Source: Chiloscyllium plagiosum
Taxonomy: Eukaryota
Assembly (NCBI RefSeq): GCF_004010195.1
Contig: NW_025215364.1
Span: 1 to 45,690, forward strand
DNA length: 45,690 bases
Direction of reading: 5' to 3'
Within the stretch, counting starts at the first letter, position 1. Each line of letters opens with the position of its first letter. Of this stretch, positions 12,280-23,494 are shown piece after piece. The translations under genes and the position numbers were made by a program. The notes under the pieces were generated by a model. The model was not told the DNA's origin. It was given only the letters and a program-made list of their open reading frames with translations, and searched no databases.

Positions 12280-12642
12280 GAATAATGTAGTTTGGTGTTT
12301 GCTGGCTGGCGTAGATGTATTGGGTGAAAGGCCTGTTTGTATGCTGTATGACTCTGAAGCAGAAGTGGATATTGGGGCACTGGAAAATGATGCTGGAGAG
12401 ATAGTAGTGTGGAACAAATAATAGATGAGAAACTGAATAAATATTTCACCTCAGATTTTATGGCGAAAGATATGAATAATTTCACAAAAATTCAAGAGGG
12501 TGAGGAGGCAGAGCTGATTAGGAGAAGTTGCTCGAAAAACTAAATGGGTAAATAAGCTGGATGGAGCCATTAATGGGGATCTCCCAGAAATCAGTGGAAT
12601 CAGGGAGGGTCCCAGAAGACGGGAAAATTACGAACGTGACAC
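12280..12642 (+). mobile_element. CR1 LINE, 5' part of the copy split by the L1
   Basis: Reverse ORF 12518..12736 contains FVIFPSSGTLPDSTDFWEIP, the antisense of CR1 QKSVESGRVPEDGK. The element resumes at 18858. Confidence 0.85.
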
Positions 12643-15258
12643 TTTTTTTAAAAAAATAGATACTTTTTATTGAAAGTACTTTGAAAGATTTATTACTTTT
12701 ATTGAAAGATTTTTGAACTTGTTTACAAAATTGCAAAAATAGTACAAACTAGTTTATTCTGCTTTACAAAATACTAACAACCCTGGTATAGAATTTAAAA
12801 ACCAACTACAATCTACTCTACGAACTACCAAAACATAAAATATGATATCCTGCATTACTAACAATAAACAAAAGGAGAAAAGAATACAAATAAGCAAATA
12901 AATAACTAGTTACATATTTAAAATAAATTTATATCAATCATAACAAAACCCATATTTATACGGGATTCCTCCTCCCGGGAGCCCCCGAGCCAACCAGAAC
13001 CAATCCCATGGCTAAGCAAAGGCCCTGAACAATGTGGCCGAGAAATCTGTATCAATGTAGTTCAAAAAGGGCTGCCATGTTCTATAAAATAATTCCGTTC
13101 TTTGGTGCACCATATTCATAAGGGGGATATATTCCATGACTATCCTCTGCCAATTTGAAAGTCCTGGAGGACCTTTGGATACCCAATTCGATAAAATGTT
13201 TTTCCTTGGACAAAAGGAAATGACAGTGAATAATTTCCTCCTGTATACATCCAAAGAGGGGAAATTTGGGGAGCCCAAAAGTAGAGTCACTGGGTCCAAC
13301 CTAATCTCCGTATCCAAAATCCAAGACATTTGCTACACTGTCCCAATACCTGTGGATCATACGGCATGTCCAGAGCCAATGCGTGAAAGAACCAACATCG
13401 ATTTTGCATATAGGACACATTGGAGATGCTCCTGCCTTGAACTTTGCAAGTCACTCAGGTGTCATGTGAGCTCTATGAAGTATCTTCAATTGGATAGCCT
13501 GAGTTATGTTACTGATAGAGATCTTCCTGGCGTTTTCCCAGACATTCTCCCACATCTCTAAGGAGATTTTAATCCCCAATTCTTGACTGCAGGTTTTATA
13601 TAAACGGTCCATGTCCTTCGATAACTTATTAAATAGTTAGTGGTAGAGAGTATTGATCGCGGCCAAAGCACTCTACTTTCCCTATCTGATTTATAAGGAT
13701 GAATTATTTATGTGGTCTTCTTTTGTATAAAATCTCGTATTTGAAAATATCAAAAAAGATCTTTGATAGGTAGCCCAAACTTCTGATGCAGCAGTTCATG
13801 TCCTCCCAATCGAACAGATCTCTCAAATAGGAGATACCTCTGGATTCCCACGTTCTGAATACATCAGCAGTCACTCTGGCTTGAATTCCAATGTTCCCAC
13901 TATAGGGGTATAAGGGGAGGTTTTTTGTAGGTTACCCTCATCCTGTCGCATTATCCTCCAGTCTTTGATTGTATTTAATATAATAGGATTTTTACAATGA
14001 TTCGTAATAACTCTCAACTTGTCAATAAATAGTAGATTGACGAGAGGATATTTTGCTTGGGAGGCCTCGATATCTAACCAGATTGATTGTGGATCACAAG
14101 AAACCCAATCAGCTACGTAGGATAATAGAGAGTTCAATTGGTGCCTCCTGAAATCCGGAAAATCCAGCTCACCCCGTACTTGTGGAAGCTGCAGCTTTTC
14201 TAATTTAATAAGGGGCTGTCTCTGACTCCAAATAAAGGAGCCGAACCAACCATAAAGCTTACACAGCGCTTGTCTCAGCAGCATCAAGGGGAGCATTCTT
14301 ATAGCGTATAAAAGGTGTGGTAGGATATTCATGTTAACCAAAGTTATTCTATCTAGCCAGGATATCGGGAGATCTTCCCAGCGTTGAAGGTCCTATCATA
14401 ATTTCTCCAATAAATACGTATGATTGGCTTTATATAGCTGATTAAATGCCAGAGTATTTAAAATACTTAAGTAAAGATAACCTCCCAGTGACCACCGAAA
14501 GGGGAAATGGGATCCATCCAGAAAATTGGATATACTGGCAAGACCTCCCAGCAACGTGGCCTCCGATTTCATAAAATTGATTTTATAAACTGAGAACATA
14601 CCAAATAAATTAACCACTTGAATTAAGCAGGGAAGAGATGTCAATGGATCATTTAAGAAAAGGAGGACGTCATCCACATAGAGTAATTTTGTGCTTACCC
14701 GATCCAACCTCCGGCGTCATTATATTAGGGTCAGCTCGTGTAGCTTCCCCAACAGCTCAATCACTAGCGTAAATAATAACGGTGAGAGAGGGAATCCTTG
14801 ACGACAACCTCTGCCAACGCTAAAACTATCTGAACTTAAACCGTTGGTGATCACCGCTGCTTTGGGATCATTATATAAGACTGTAAGCCATTTAGTAAAG
14901 ACCTCTCCAACACCAAACTGTTCCAGTGTATAAACGAGATATGGCCATTCTACCCGATTTAATGCATCCTCTGCCTCGAGGCAGACAACAAATCCCGGTA
15001 TTGCTTCCTGCTGACAGGCTTGTATCAAATTTAAGATTCTTCTAATGTTATTCGTTCATCTACGACTCTTTATAAACCCCGCCTGGTCCTCTTTTATCAT
15101 GAATGGTAAAACCCTCTCCAGGCTTAATGCCAACATTTTTGAGAGAATTTTAAATTTTGTGAAGAGCTGTCATCTGACGAATTTCCCTTCTTAAGAATGA
15201 GAGAAATATTTGCTTCTCTCAGAGAAGGCGGGAGGTAGCCCTGACTATGTGAATAATT

Positions 15259-15586
15259 AGGGAGAAAGTGAGGTCTGCAGATGCTGGAGATCAGAGATGG
15301 AAATGTGTTGCTGGAAAAGCGCAGCAGGTCAGGCAGCATCTAGGGAACAGGAGAATCGACGTTTCGGGCATTAGCCCTTCTTCAGGAATGAGGAAAGTTG
15401 GTCCAGCAGGCTAAGATTAAAGATAGGGAGGAGGGACTTGGGGGAGGGGCGTCGGAAATGTGATAGGTGGAAAGAGGTCAAGGTGAGGGTGATAGGTCAG
15501 ACTGGGGTGGGGGCGGAGAGGTCGGGAAGAAGATTGCAGGTTAGGAAGGCGGTGCTGAATTCGATGGATTTGACTGAGACAGGGTG
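15259..15586 (-). mobile_element. Penelope-like element 3' end / pseudo-LTR (family A), running into a gap
   Basis: Near-identical to 21215-21340 and homologous to the end of the GIY-YIG-bearing fragment at 33441-34495. Confidence 0.85.
15358..15385 (-). ncRNA. Minimal type I hammerhead ribozyme motif
   Basis: Minus strand reads CTGAAGA-a-GGGC-TAAT-GCCC-GAAAC-GTC, an intact core with perfect stem II. Confidence 0.75.
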
Positions 15587-16579
15587 NNNNNNNNNNNNNN
15601 NNNNNNNNNNNNNNNNNNNNNNNNNNNNNNNNNNNNNNNNNNNNNNNNNNNNNNNNNNNNNNNNNNNNNNNNNNNNNNNNNNNNNNNNNNNNNNNNNNNN
15701 NNNNNNNNNNNNNNNNNNNNNNNNNNNNNNNNNNNNNNNNNNNNNNNNNNNNNNNNNNNNNNNNNNNNNNNNNNNNNNNNNNNNNNNNNNNNNNNNNNNN
15801 NNNNNNNNNNNNNNNNNNNNNNNNNNNNNNNNNNNNNNNNNNNNNNNNNNNNNNNNNNNNNNNNNNNNNNNNNNNNNNNNNNNNNNNNNNNNNNNNNNNN
15901 NNNNNNNNNNNNNNNNNNNNNNNNNNNNNNNNNNNNNNNNNNNNNNNNNNNNNNNNNNNNNNNNNNNNNNNNNNNNNNNNNNNNNNNNNNNNNNNNNNNN
16001 NNNNNNNNNNNNNNNNNNNNNNNNNNNNNNNNNNNNNNNNNNNNNNNNNNNNNNNNNNNNNNNNNNNNNNNNNNNNNNNNNNNNNNNNNNNNNNNNNNNN
16101 NNNNNNNNNNNNNNNNNNNNNNNNNNNNNNNNNNNNNNNNNNNNNNNNNNNNNNNNNNNNNNNNNNNNNNNNNNNNNNNNNNNNNNNNNNNNNNNNNNNN
16201 NNNNNNNNNNNNNNNNNNNNNNNNNNNNNNNNNNNNNNNNNNNNNNNNNNNNNNNNNNNNNNNNNNNNNNNNNNNNNNNNNNNNNNNNNNNNNNNNNNNN
16301 NNNNNNNNNNNNNNNNNNNNNNNNNNNNNNNNNNNNNNNNNNNNNNNNNNNNNNNNNNNNNNNNNNNNNNNNNNNNNNNNNNNNNNNNNNNNNNNNNNNN
16401 NNNNNNNNNNNNNNNNNNNNNNNNNNNNNNNNNNNNNNNNNNNNNNNNNNNNNNNNNNNNNNNNNNNNNNNNNNNNNNNNNNNNNNNNNNNNNNNNNNNN
16501 NNNNNNNNNNNNNNNNNNNNNNNNNNNNNNNNNNNNNNNNNNNNNNNNNNNNNNNNNNNNNNNNNNNNNNNNNNNNNNA
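15587..16579. other. Assembly gap (others at 20435-20934, 22958-23409 and 41403-41902)
   Basis: Runs of N. Confidence 0.99.
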
Positions 16580-17663
16580 ACTGCCTAGATCTCAAAGATA
16601 TGCCCATAGAGCTCTTAGGTATTCTTTCCACCCCTGGATTGATGATGCTATTAAAATTTCCTCCTATAATTGTATAGTACACCCCGAGAGCAATCAACTT
16701 GAAGAATGCTTTCATCGCAATTTTAAAAGGGTATGCCGGGGGGTAATAGAGAGTCAAAATCCCACATTCCTCTGCATGTATTAGAGCTTTCATTAATATA
16801 TACCGTCCAGGCTCATCTTTTATCTGGCTTAGCATTTGGAAGGGAAAATTCTTCCGAAAAGATTGGCTACTCTCCTACTTTTTGAGCTTAAAGATGAAAA
16901 GAACACCTGGCCAAACCTACTCTGTTGCAGCTTCGAATGCTCCTTATGAAGTAGATGTGTCTCCTGTAAAAGAGCTACATCCACACTTTCTTTTTTCAAG
17001 ATTTGATAAGGTATTTTTCCTTTTGATTGGTGAGTGGATCCCCTTGACATTCCAGGTGCAAGTCCGAGACCTCTCAGGAGGAAGACCCCCACCCAAAATA
17101 CATTGATAAAAAACCAAAAATGATTCACACATAAAAACACTCTTTAAAACAGCTACATCAAAAAACTAAGAACTACTCCTAAAAACAAATAACATAAAAC
17201 ATATTTAAAAGGAGACTTTTCCTCCTGTCCACAGGAAGCACTACTACCTTCCAATAATCCCGCCATAACATTTCCCAGCCGGAGCCATGCCCTCAGCCCA
17301 GGCATTACAATGTAGAGTAAATAAATTCCAATATTTTATCAGACAGAAGTTAAAAGTGGGCGACCCCCCACACCATCACCGAGATACACTTAGCAAAACA
17401 ACACAAGATTAAATGATATAAAATTACAAAATTACAATCCCAGCAATCAATAGGCAACCAAAGTTAAAAAGAAATACTCAGAAATGTCCCCCTATAATCA
17501 AATAAACTGCGTGAGATATAGATAAGAGTCCATAGAAAGGATAAGGAACAAGCCCCCCCCCCGAACAAGGAAAGATGGAGAAGAGAAAGAGGAAGAAAGG
17601 AGGAAGAAACATCAAAAGGGGGGGCAACATAAAGTCATTATCCATTATGTTCAAGTCCCGCAG

Positions 17664-17879
17664 CTGAAAAGTGTGCTGCTGGAAAGCGCAGCAGGTCAGG
17701 CAGTATCCAAGGAGCAGGCGAATTGACGTTTCGGGCATAAGCCCTTCATTCCTGAAGAAGGACTTACGCCCGAAACGTCGATTCTCCTGCACCTTGGATG
17801 CTGCTTTACCTGCTGTGCTTTTCCAGCAATACATTTTTCAACTCTGATCTCCAGCATCTGCAGTCCTCACTTTCTCCTA
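17664..17879. mobile_element. Penelope family A insertion made of two inverted pseudo-LTR pieces, with 15-bp TSD
   Basis: Arms are reverse complements centred near 17750. gttcaagtcccgcag occurs at 17649-17663 and 17880-17894. Hammerhead core at 17752-17779. Confidence 0.88.
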
Positions 17880-18683
17880 GTTCAAGTCCCGCAGTTCTTT
17901 TGAGAGAATCGAGGAATTCTTTTACTTTTTCCGGTGATCCGAGGGTACAGATTGTCTTTTACTGCAGCGCATAGAATATTGAATATTTAAATCCCTCAGA
18001 CGCTTCTTTGCCTCAGCAAATATCTTGCGGACCATAACCGGAGAACAACATCATCCTGGAGCCCTTGTATATCATGGCATGGGGATCCTTCCCCAAGACT
18101 CTGGAGGCCTCCAGCAGCATCTGTTTTTCCCTGTAATTTTGAAGTTGAACCAGGACCGGGCGGGAGCGCACAGCAACCCCGTGGGCCCACACAACCTGCA
18201 CCCGGCCCAGCTCCGACTCCAGTTTTAGCAGCTGTGGGAGCCATTGCTCCAGGAAATCAACAAGCTGGCCTTCCTTTTCCCGTTCTGGAATACGCAGCAA
18301 CCGAATATTTTTCCGATGACCTCGATTTTTGAGGTCGTCAATATGCTCCTCTAAGGTCGGGACTTGATGTTCTTGAGTCCAGACCTGACCCATGTGTGTC
18401 TCAGCAGTGGTCTCGGAGGCCGCGGCTTGTTGCTCCACTCCCCCTGCCTGAGTTTCTCGATCTCTCCATCACGTTTCTGCAGCATGACCAAGATCGACTC
18501 CCACCTGGACTGGGTCTCTTCAATGGACGCATCAATCTTGTCTCGAATTTTAACAAACTTCGAGATTAGACTTGCCTCTGCAGGTGAGTCCCCCGGGACG
18601 GCCGCAGATGTCTATGTTGCTGTGGGGTAGGGGGAAGAAGTCCCTGCCTGTTGTGAACTGCAAAAGCATTTGCCTTTGATCAT
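17880..18683 (-). pseudogene. L1 ORF1p (Transposase_22-type RNA-binding protein), frameshifted
   Basis: LEEHIDDLKNRGHRKNIRLLRIPE...RPVLVQLQNYREKQMLL is the L1 ORF1p coiled-coil/RRM signature. Candidate ATG at 18683. Confidence 0.88.
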
Positions 18684-18857
18684 TTTTAAAAAGCATCAAA
18701 TTGCTAAAGTTGGATGCAGAATGGCCAACGCTGCTGGGCAAAAACTATTTTAAACAATTTAGCAGGTGAGGTGAGGGTGAATACCTCACTTTGCCTGAGT
18801 CTTAGGCAGAGCTCTGCAGTCTCAGACCTACTGGGTTGCCGCTATCTTGGATCTCCC

Positions 18858-20434
18858 TGACACCCTGTTTGTGAAGAGCGTAAGGCAAAAGACTGAAAGT
18901 TACAAACTGATTAGTCTAACCTCAGTCGTGGGTAAGTTCTGGAATCCATTGCGAAGGATGAGATTTCTGAATACTTGCCAGTGCATTGTAAAGAACAGCG
19001 AAGTCATTTTGGAATCATCAAGGGGAGGTCATGCTAATGAACTGTTAGAATTCTTTGAGGATGTAACAAGTAGGTTAGACCAAGGAAAGCTAATGGATAC
19101 TATCTATCTGGAAATCAAGAAGGACGTTGACAAGGTGCCCCACAGGAGGCTGCTGAGCAAGATAAGGGGCCATGCTGTAAGAGACAAGGTACTAGCGTGT
19201 ACAGAAGCTTGAGTGTCTGGCAGAAAGTAGAGAAGGGTCCTTCTCAGGAGAGCAGCCAATGACAACTGTACATTAAGGATCTAGATGAAGGAATTGAGGG
19301 CACCAGGCGAGGTTTTTAGATGATGCAAAGGTAGGTAGAGGGACAGGTATCATCGAGATGGCAAGGAGGCAGCAGAAGGATTTAGACAGGTTAAGAGAGT
19401 AAAATTTGGGAAGTGTGAAGTGATGCACCTTAGTAGGAAGAAGAGAGGCATGTACTATTTTATAATTGGAGAGAAAAATCAGAAGCTTGAAGTGCCAAGA
19501 GAGTTGTGAGTTCCAGTCCAGGATTGTCTCAAGATTAACTTGCAGGTTGTGTCCATAATTAGGAGGGTTTTGTATCTGCTGCACAGTGTGTTTGAAATAT
19601 TATATTCACCAAAAGAACTGAGTCAACTCTTACAAACAATAATATTTGTTTATTGAATGCAATTAATATTCGAACAATAAAATGTATTATAACGCAATGA
19701 AAAATGCTACAAATTATCTTGTGCTTTAACTCAACTTTGGATGATCACAAAACACCCCACTAGAAGTTGACCTGGCACGACTTGGTAATGTCTTCTTGTT
19801 CTTCTGATGGTCTTGGAGGTGTATTCTCTTTCAATGATTATTCTCGAGTTACTGCGCTATGTGGGGTTTTGTGGTGATTCTTAACCTTTCCAAGTCTTCA
19901 TGCCCTTTTGGGAAGGTAAGGAGGATCTGCCAATGGAATGATCAGGTTCATTTGCCCTCATCAATGAGACCCAACCAGGGGTTGTCACATTGATGGCCCA
20001 AGGGTAACATTCCATTGTCCCATTCAGGTCCAACTTCAGTTGTGTATTGTAGGGTCTGTAGCTGTCAGGTTTGTTTGCAAACCTTCTATGTTTAGATGCA
20101 GCCTGTCTTGATTCTGCAGCATGTGTATTAGCACAGAGACTTTAGTCAAGGTTGTGATCCATTTCCCAGCATGCTTTAATCATTGTTCATTTTTGTAACT
20201 CCATTGTAAATTCATTATTGCCCATCGTAAGATTATTCTTTCAGATGGCCCGTCCCGTCAGAAAGGCAAATATATTGATGGCATTTATTTTGAGAGGCCT
20301 TGAATATTAAAGCAGTGATGGATTTCAGAGGCTCTGTAAGACTCTGGTCAGACCACATTTGATGTATTGTGTGCCGTTTTGGGCCCCATATCTCAGGAAG
20401 GATGTACGGCCCCAAGGAGCTTCACAAGAATAGT
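18858..20434 (+). mobile_element. CR1 LINE, continuation after the L1 (interrupted at about 19570-20260)
   Basis: ORF 18847..19212 reads YKLISLTSVVGK...LLEFFEDVT...DKVPHRRLLSKI. Confidence 0.88.
19570..20260. mobile_element. Unclassified ~0.7-kb insertion in CR1, possibly a solo LTR
   Basis: CR1 text (aattagga|aaggcaaat) is split by unrelated non-coding sequence with a reverse poly(A) signal (tttatt) near 19648. No clear TSD. Confidence 0.45.
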
Positions 20435-20949
20435 NNNNNNNNNNNNNNNNNNNNNNNNNNNNNNNNNNNNNNNNNNNNNNNNNNNNNNNNNNNNNNNNNN
20501 NNNNNNNNNNNNNNNNNNNNNNNNNNNNNNNNNNNNNNNNNNNNNNNNNNNNNNNNNNNNNNNNNNNNNNNNNNNNNNNNNNNNNNNNNNNNNNNNNNNN
20601 NNNNNNNNNNNNNNNNNNNNNNNNNNNNNNNNNNNNNNNNNNNNNNNNNNNNNNNNNNNNNNNNNNNNNNNNNNNNNNNNNNNNNNNNNNNNNNNNNNNN
20701 NNNNNNNNNNNNNNNNNNNNNNNNNNNNNNNNNNNNNNNNNNNNNNNNNNNNNNNNNNNNNNNNNNNNNNNNNNNNNNNNNNNNNNNNNNNNNNNNNNNN
20801 NNNNNNNNNNNNNNNNNNNNNNNNNNNNNNNNNNNNNNNNNNNNNNNNNNNNNNNNNNNNNNNNNNNNNNNNNNNNNNNNNNNNNNNNNNNNNNNNNNNN
20901 NNNNNNNNNNNNNNNNNNNNNNNNNNNNNNNNNNGAAGGTGATTGAGAG

Positions 20950-21360
20950 TCAATCGCATTGCTTTGGATCTGGAGTCACATGTCAGCCAGACCAGTTGAT
21001 GATGGAAGATGCCTTCATTGAAGGATACGGGTGAACCAGATTAATTTTTCTGACAGTCGGCAATGATTTCATTCTCATCAGTAGATTCTTAATTCCATGG
21101 ATATTTTTAAATTATTGAATTGAATTTCCACCATCTGCAGTGGCGGGATTCGAACCTGCGTCCACAGAACAGGAGCTGATTTTCTGGATTGATAATCTAG
21201 TGATAATACCATGAGGAGAAAGTGAGGTCTGCAGATGCTGGAGATCAGAGATGGAAATGTGTTGCTGGAAAAGCGCAGCAGGTCAGGCAGCATCTAGGGA
21301 ACAGGAGAATCGACGTTTTGGGCATTAGCCCTTCTTCAGGAATACCATGAGGCCTACTTG
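20950..21360 (-). mobile_element. Shark tRNA-derived SINE containing a Penelope mini-insertion
   Basis: Reverse B-box gggattcgaacc near 21146 and body tctggagtcacatgt. Confidence 0.8.
21217..21340 (-). mobile_element. Penelope family A mini-insertion with 12-bp flanking direct repeat
   Basis: aataccatgagg at 21205-21216 and 21341-21352. Confidence 0.88.
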
Positions 21361-21519
21361 GAACCAAATGCTGTACTCAACTGCGATTCATTGTGTTGTC
21401 CTGTTTTTTCTTTCATTATTTATGTTATTCTGGAATCTCATCCTTCATTAAATCCTGATTGAAGTACGTGGTGATGAACGTCCTCTCTACTGCTCGAATT
21501 TCATTCGGTCTGTTTTGTT

Positions 21520-22700
21520 TGAACAGACATTTCAAGGCAGCTGTACATCAGAGAAGAACAGGAAGAGATAATGGGTGATTGTGCACTGTACCAGTCACTG
21601 GACCAGCGTATCTGTTCAGGCACCTAATGTATTTATTGTGGGTCAGAGAACCACAGCATTACTATAGCATAAATGGAGGTCATTCAGCCCATCGTGGGGT
21701 CACAAGCTGTCCAACTGCACAATTGGAGATAGAGAGAGTGTGAGGAGATAGATGGTGTGTGAGAGAAATAAACAGAGAGAAAGAAAGTTAAGGGAGATAA
21801 ACAGAGAGGATAGAAAGGGAAGCGGCTGACTGAGTGGGAGAGGAAGAGGTGTTAGATGAGGGTGAGTTAGATTGATCAGAAGACAGCATGAGGGTAGATA
21901 GATATGGACAGGCAGAAATTAGAAGTTTTATTTAGAAATTCAATTCGGACTGCAAACCCTTTGTCCGTCCTCCATACTCTGTGAGACCTACGATGATACT
22001 GGCTGTCATCCCAGATCATTTATTTCTTTAATATGACAGAGTTGTGTTACTGACAGCTAAACAGACCCATTAGGCCAATAGATTGGTTCCATGGAGAAGG
22101 CGGAGTTTTGAAATAGACTGTGCCAAATCAGCAGAAAATGATAACCCCACCCAAGACCCCCTCCCCATCCCCAGATACTGTGTGAGAGACTGGGCCAGAG
22201 AATCTCAGTGAGGGGGAACACTGACAGAAGGGGAATCAGCATCTCAGCTGGGGGTCAATTGATGATTGATAAAGTTTGCACACCACTTCCATGGTTTTGT
22301 AATCCACATTTTAATTTATATAGCTCAGTATCAGGAGTGCATTTTAACAACCTTATCTCTTTGTAGTATGCATATTTTGCTCTGTACAGAAAATCATTTT
22401 GTCTCTGTATCTTGTATGGCATAAACACATTTCATTAATATTGTCTCTGCTAGTACCTCCGTGTCGATGTATACTTGAAACTGTTCTTCATATGAGGTAT
22501 AAAGAGTAACGTTCCGATACTAGTGATTGGGGAACATCACTATCCCTCCGCCCAGTCTGTTCCCCAGTCCTCTCCATCTTCCGTCTTTTCCCCAATGTCA
22601 TAATCACAATGTAATTGAAGTCCAGTAAATGATAATTTAGCACTGTTCCTTAACATCGATGACATCAACAGCATTACCCACACCTGCTGTCTCTGATCCT
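21520..22700 (+). repeat. Paralogous block, direct copy of 30127-31010 plus 35375-35590
   Basis: Shared anchors aacaggaagagataatgg, caggcacctaatgt.tttattgtgggtcagagaa, catcccagatcatttat, atgattgataaagtttgcacaccac and taaagagtaac.ttcc.atact. Confidence 0.88.
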
Positions 22701-23494
22701 TTAGGGTGTAGGTTTGCTCGCTGAGCTGTAGGTTTGATATCCAGACGTCGCATTACCTGGCAAGATAACATCATCAGTGGCGACCTCCAAGTGAAGCGAA
22801 GCTGTTGCCTCCTGCTTTCTATTTATATCTTTCTCCTGGATGGGGTTCCTAGGGTTTGTGGTGATGTCATTTCCTGTTCGTTTTCTGAGGGGTTGATAGA
22901 TGGCATTAGATCTATGTGTTTGTTTATGGCGTTGTGGTTGGAGTGCCAGGCCTCTAGNNNNNNNNNNNNNNNNNNNNNNNNNNNNNNNNNNNNNNNNNNN
23001 NNNNNNNNNNNNNNNNNNNNNNNNNNNNNNNNNNNNNNNNNNNNNNNNNNNNNNNNNNNNNNNNNNNNNNNNNNNNNNNNNNNNNNNNNNNNNNNNNNNN
23101 NNNNNNNNNNNNNNNNNNNNNNNNNNNNNNNNNNNNNNNNNNNNNNNNNNNNNNNNNNNNNNNNNNNNNNNNNNNNNNNNNNNNNNNNNNNNNNNNNNNN
23201 NNNNNNNNNNNNNNNNNNNNNNNNNNNNNNNNNNNNNNNNNNNNNNNNNNNNNNNNNNNNNNNNNNNNNNNNNNNNNNNNNNNNNNNNNNNNNNNNNNNN
23301 NNNNNNNNNNNNNNNNNNNNNNNNNNNNNNNNNNNNNNNNNNNNNNNNNNNNNNNNNNNNNNNNNNNNNNNNNNNNNNNNNNNNNNNNNNNNNNNNNNNN
23401 NNNNNNNNNTTCTTCCTGTTTGTCCTACGTAGTGTTTGTGGCAGTCCTTGCATGGTATTTTGTAGATAACGTTGGTTTTGTCCATGGCTTGTAC
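22701..23494 (-). mobile_element. Penelope-like element (family B) 3' fragment spanning a gap
   Basis: KTNVIYKIPCKDCHKHYVGQTGR (GIY-YIG). Close to 27890-28374 in reverse orientation. Confidence 0.92.

Larger units (their letters stand above)
13012..17075 (-). pseudogene. L1 ORF2 (APE endonuclease + reverse transcriptase), frameshifted
   Basis: TCTWNVKGIHSPIKRK, VALLQETHL, IIGGNFNSI, RGCRQGFPLSPLLF, LLYVDDVLLFL across several frames, with a stop at 13012. Confidence 0.92.
12643..18857 (-). mobile_element. Full-length but degenerate L1-clade LINE
   Basis: 5' end GGGAGATCCAAGATAGCGGC, ORF1, inter-ORF spacer, ORF2 (APE and RT), T-rich 3' UTR and poly(A). Flanked by TGACAC at 12637-12642 and 18858-18863. 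Confidence 0.92.

Noticed and set aside
12240..12280. Possible third exon-1 relic (gcaatagtaggc...caggtaac)
   Set aside because: Only AIVG matches, with no YYP, GVP or promoter homology.
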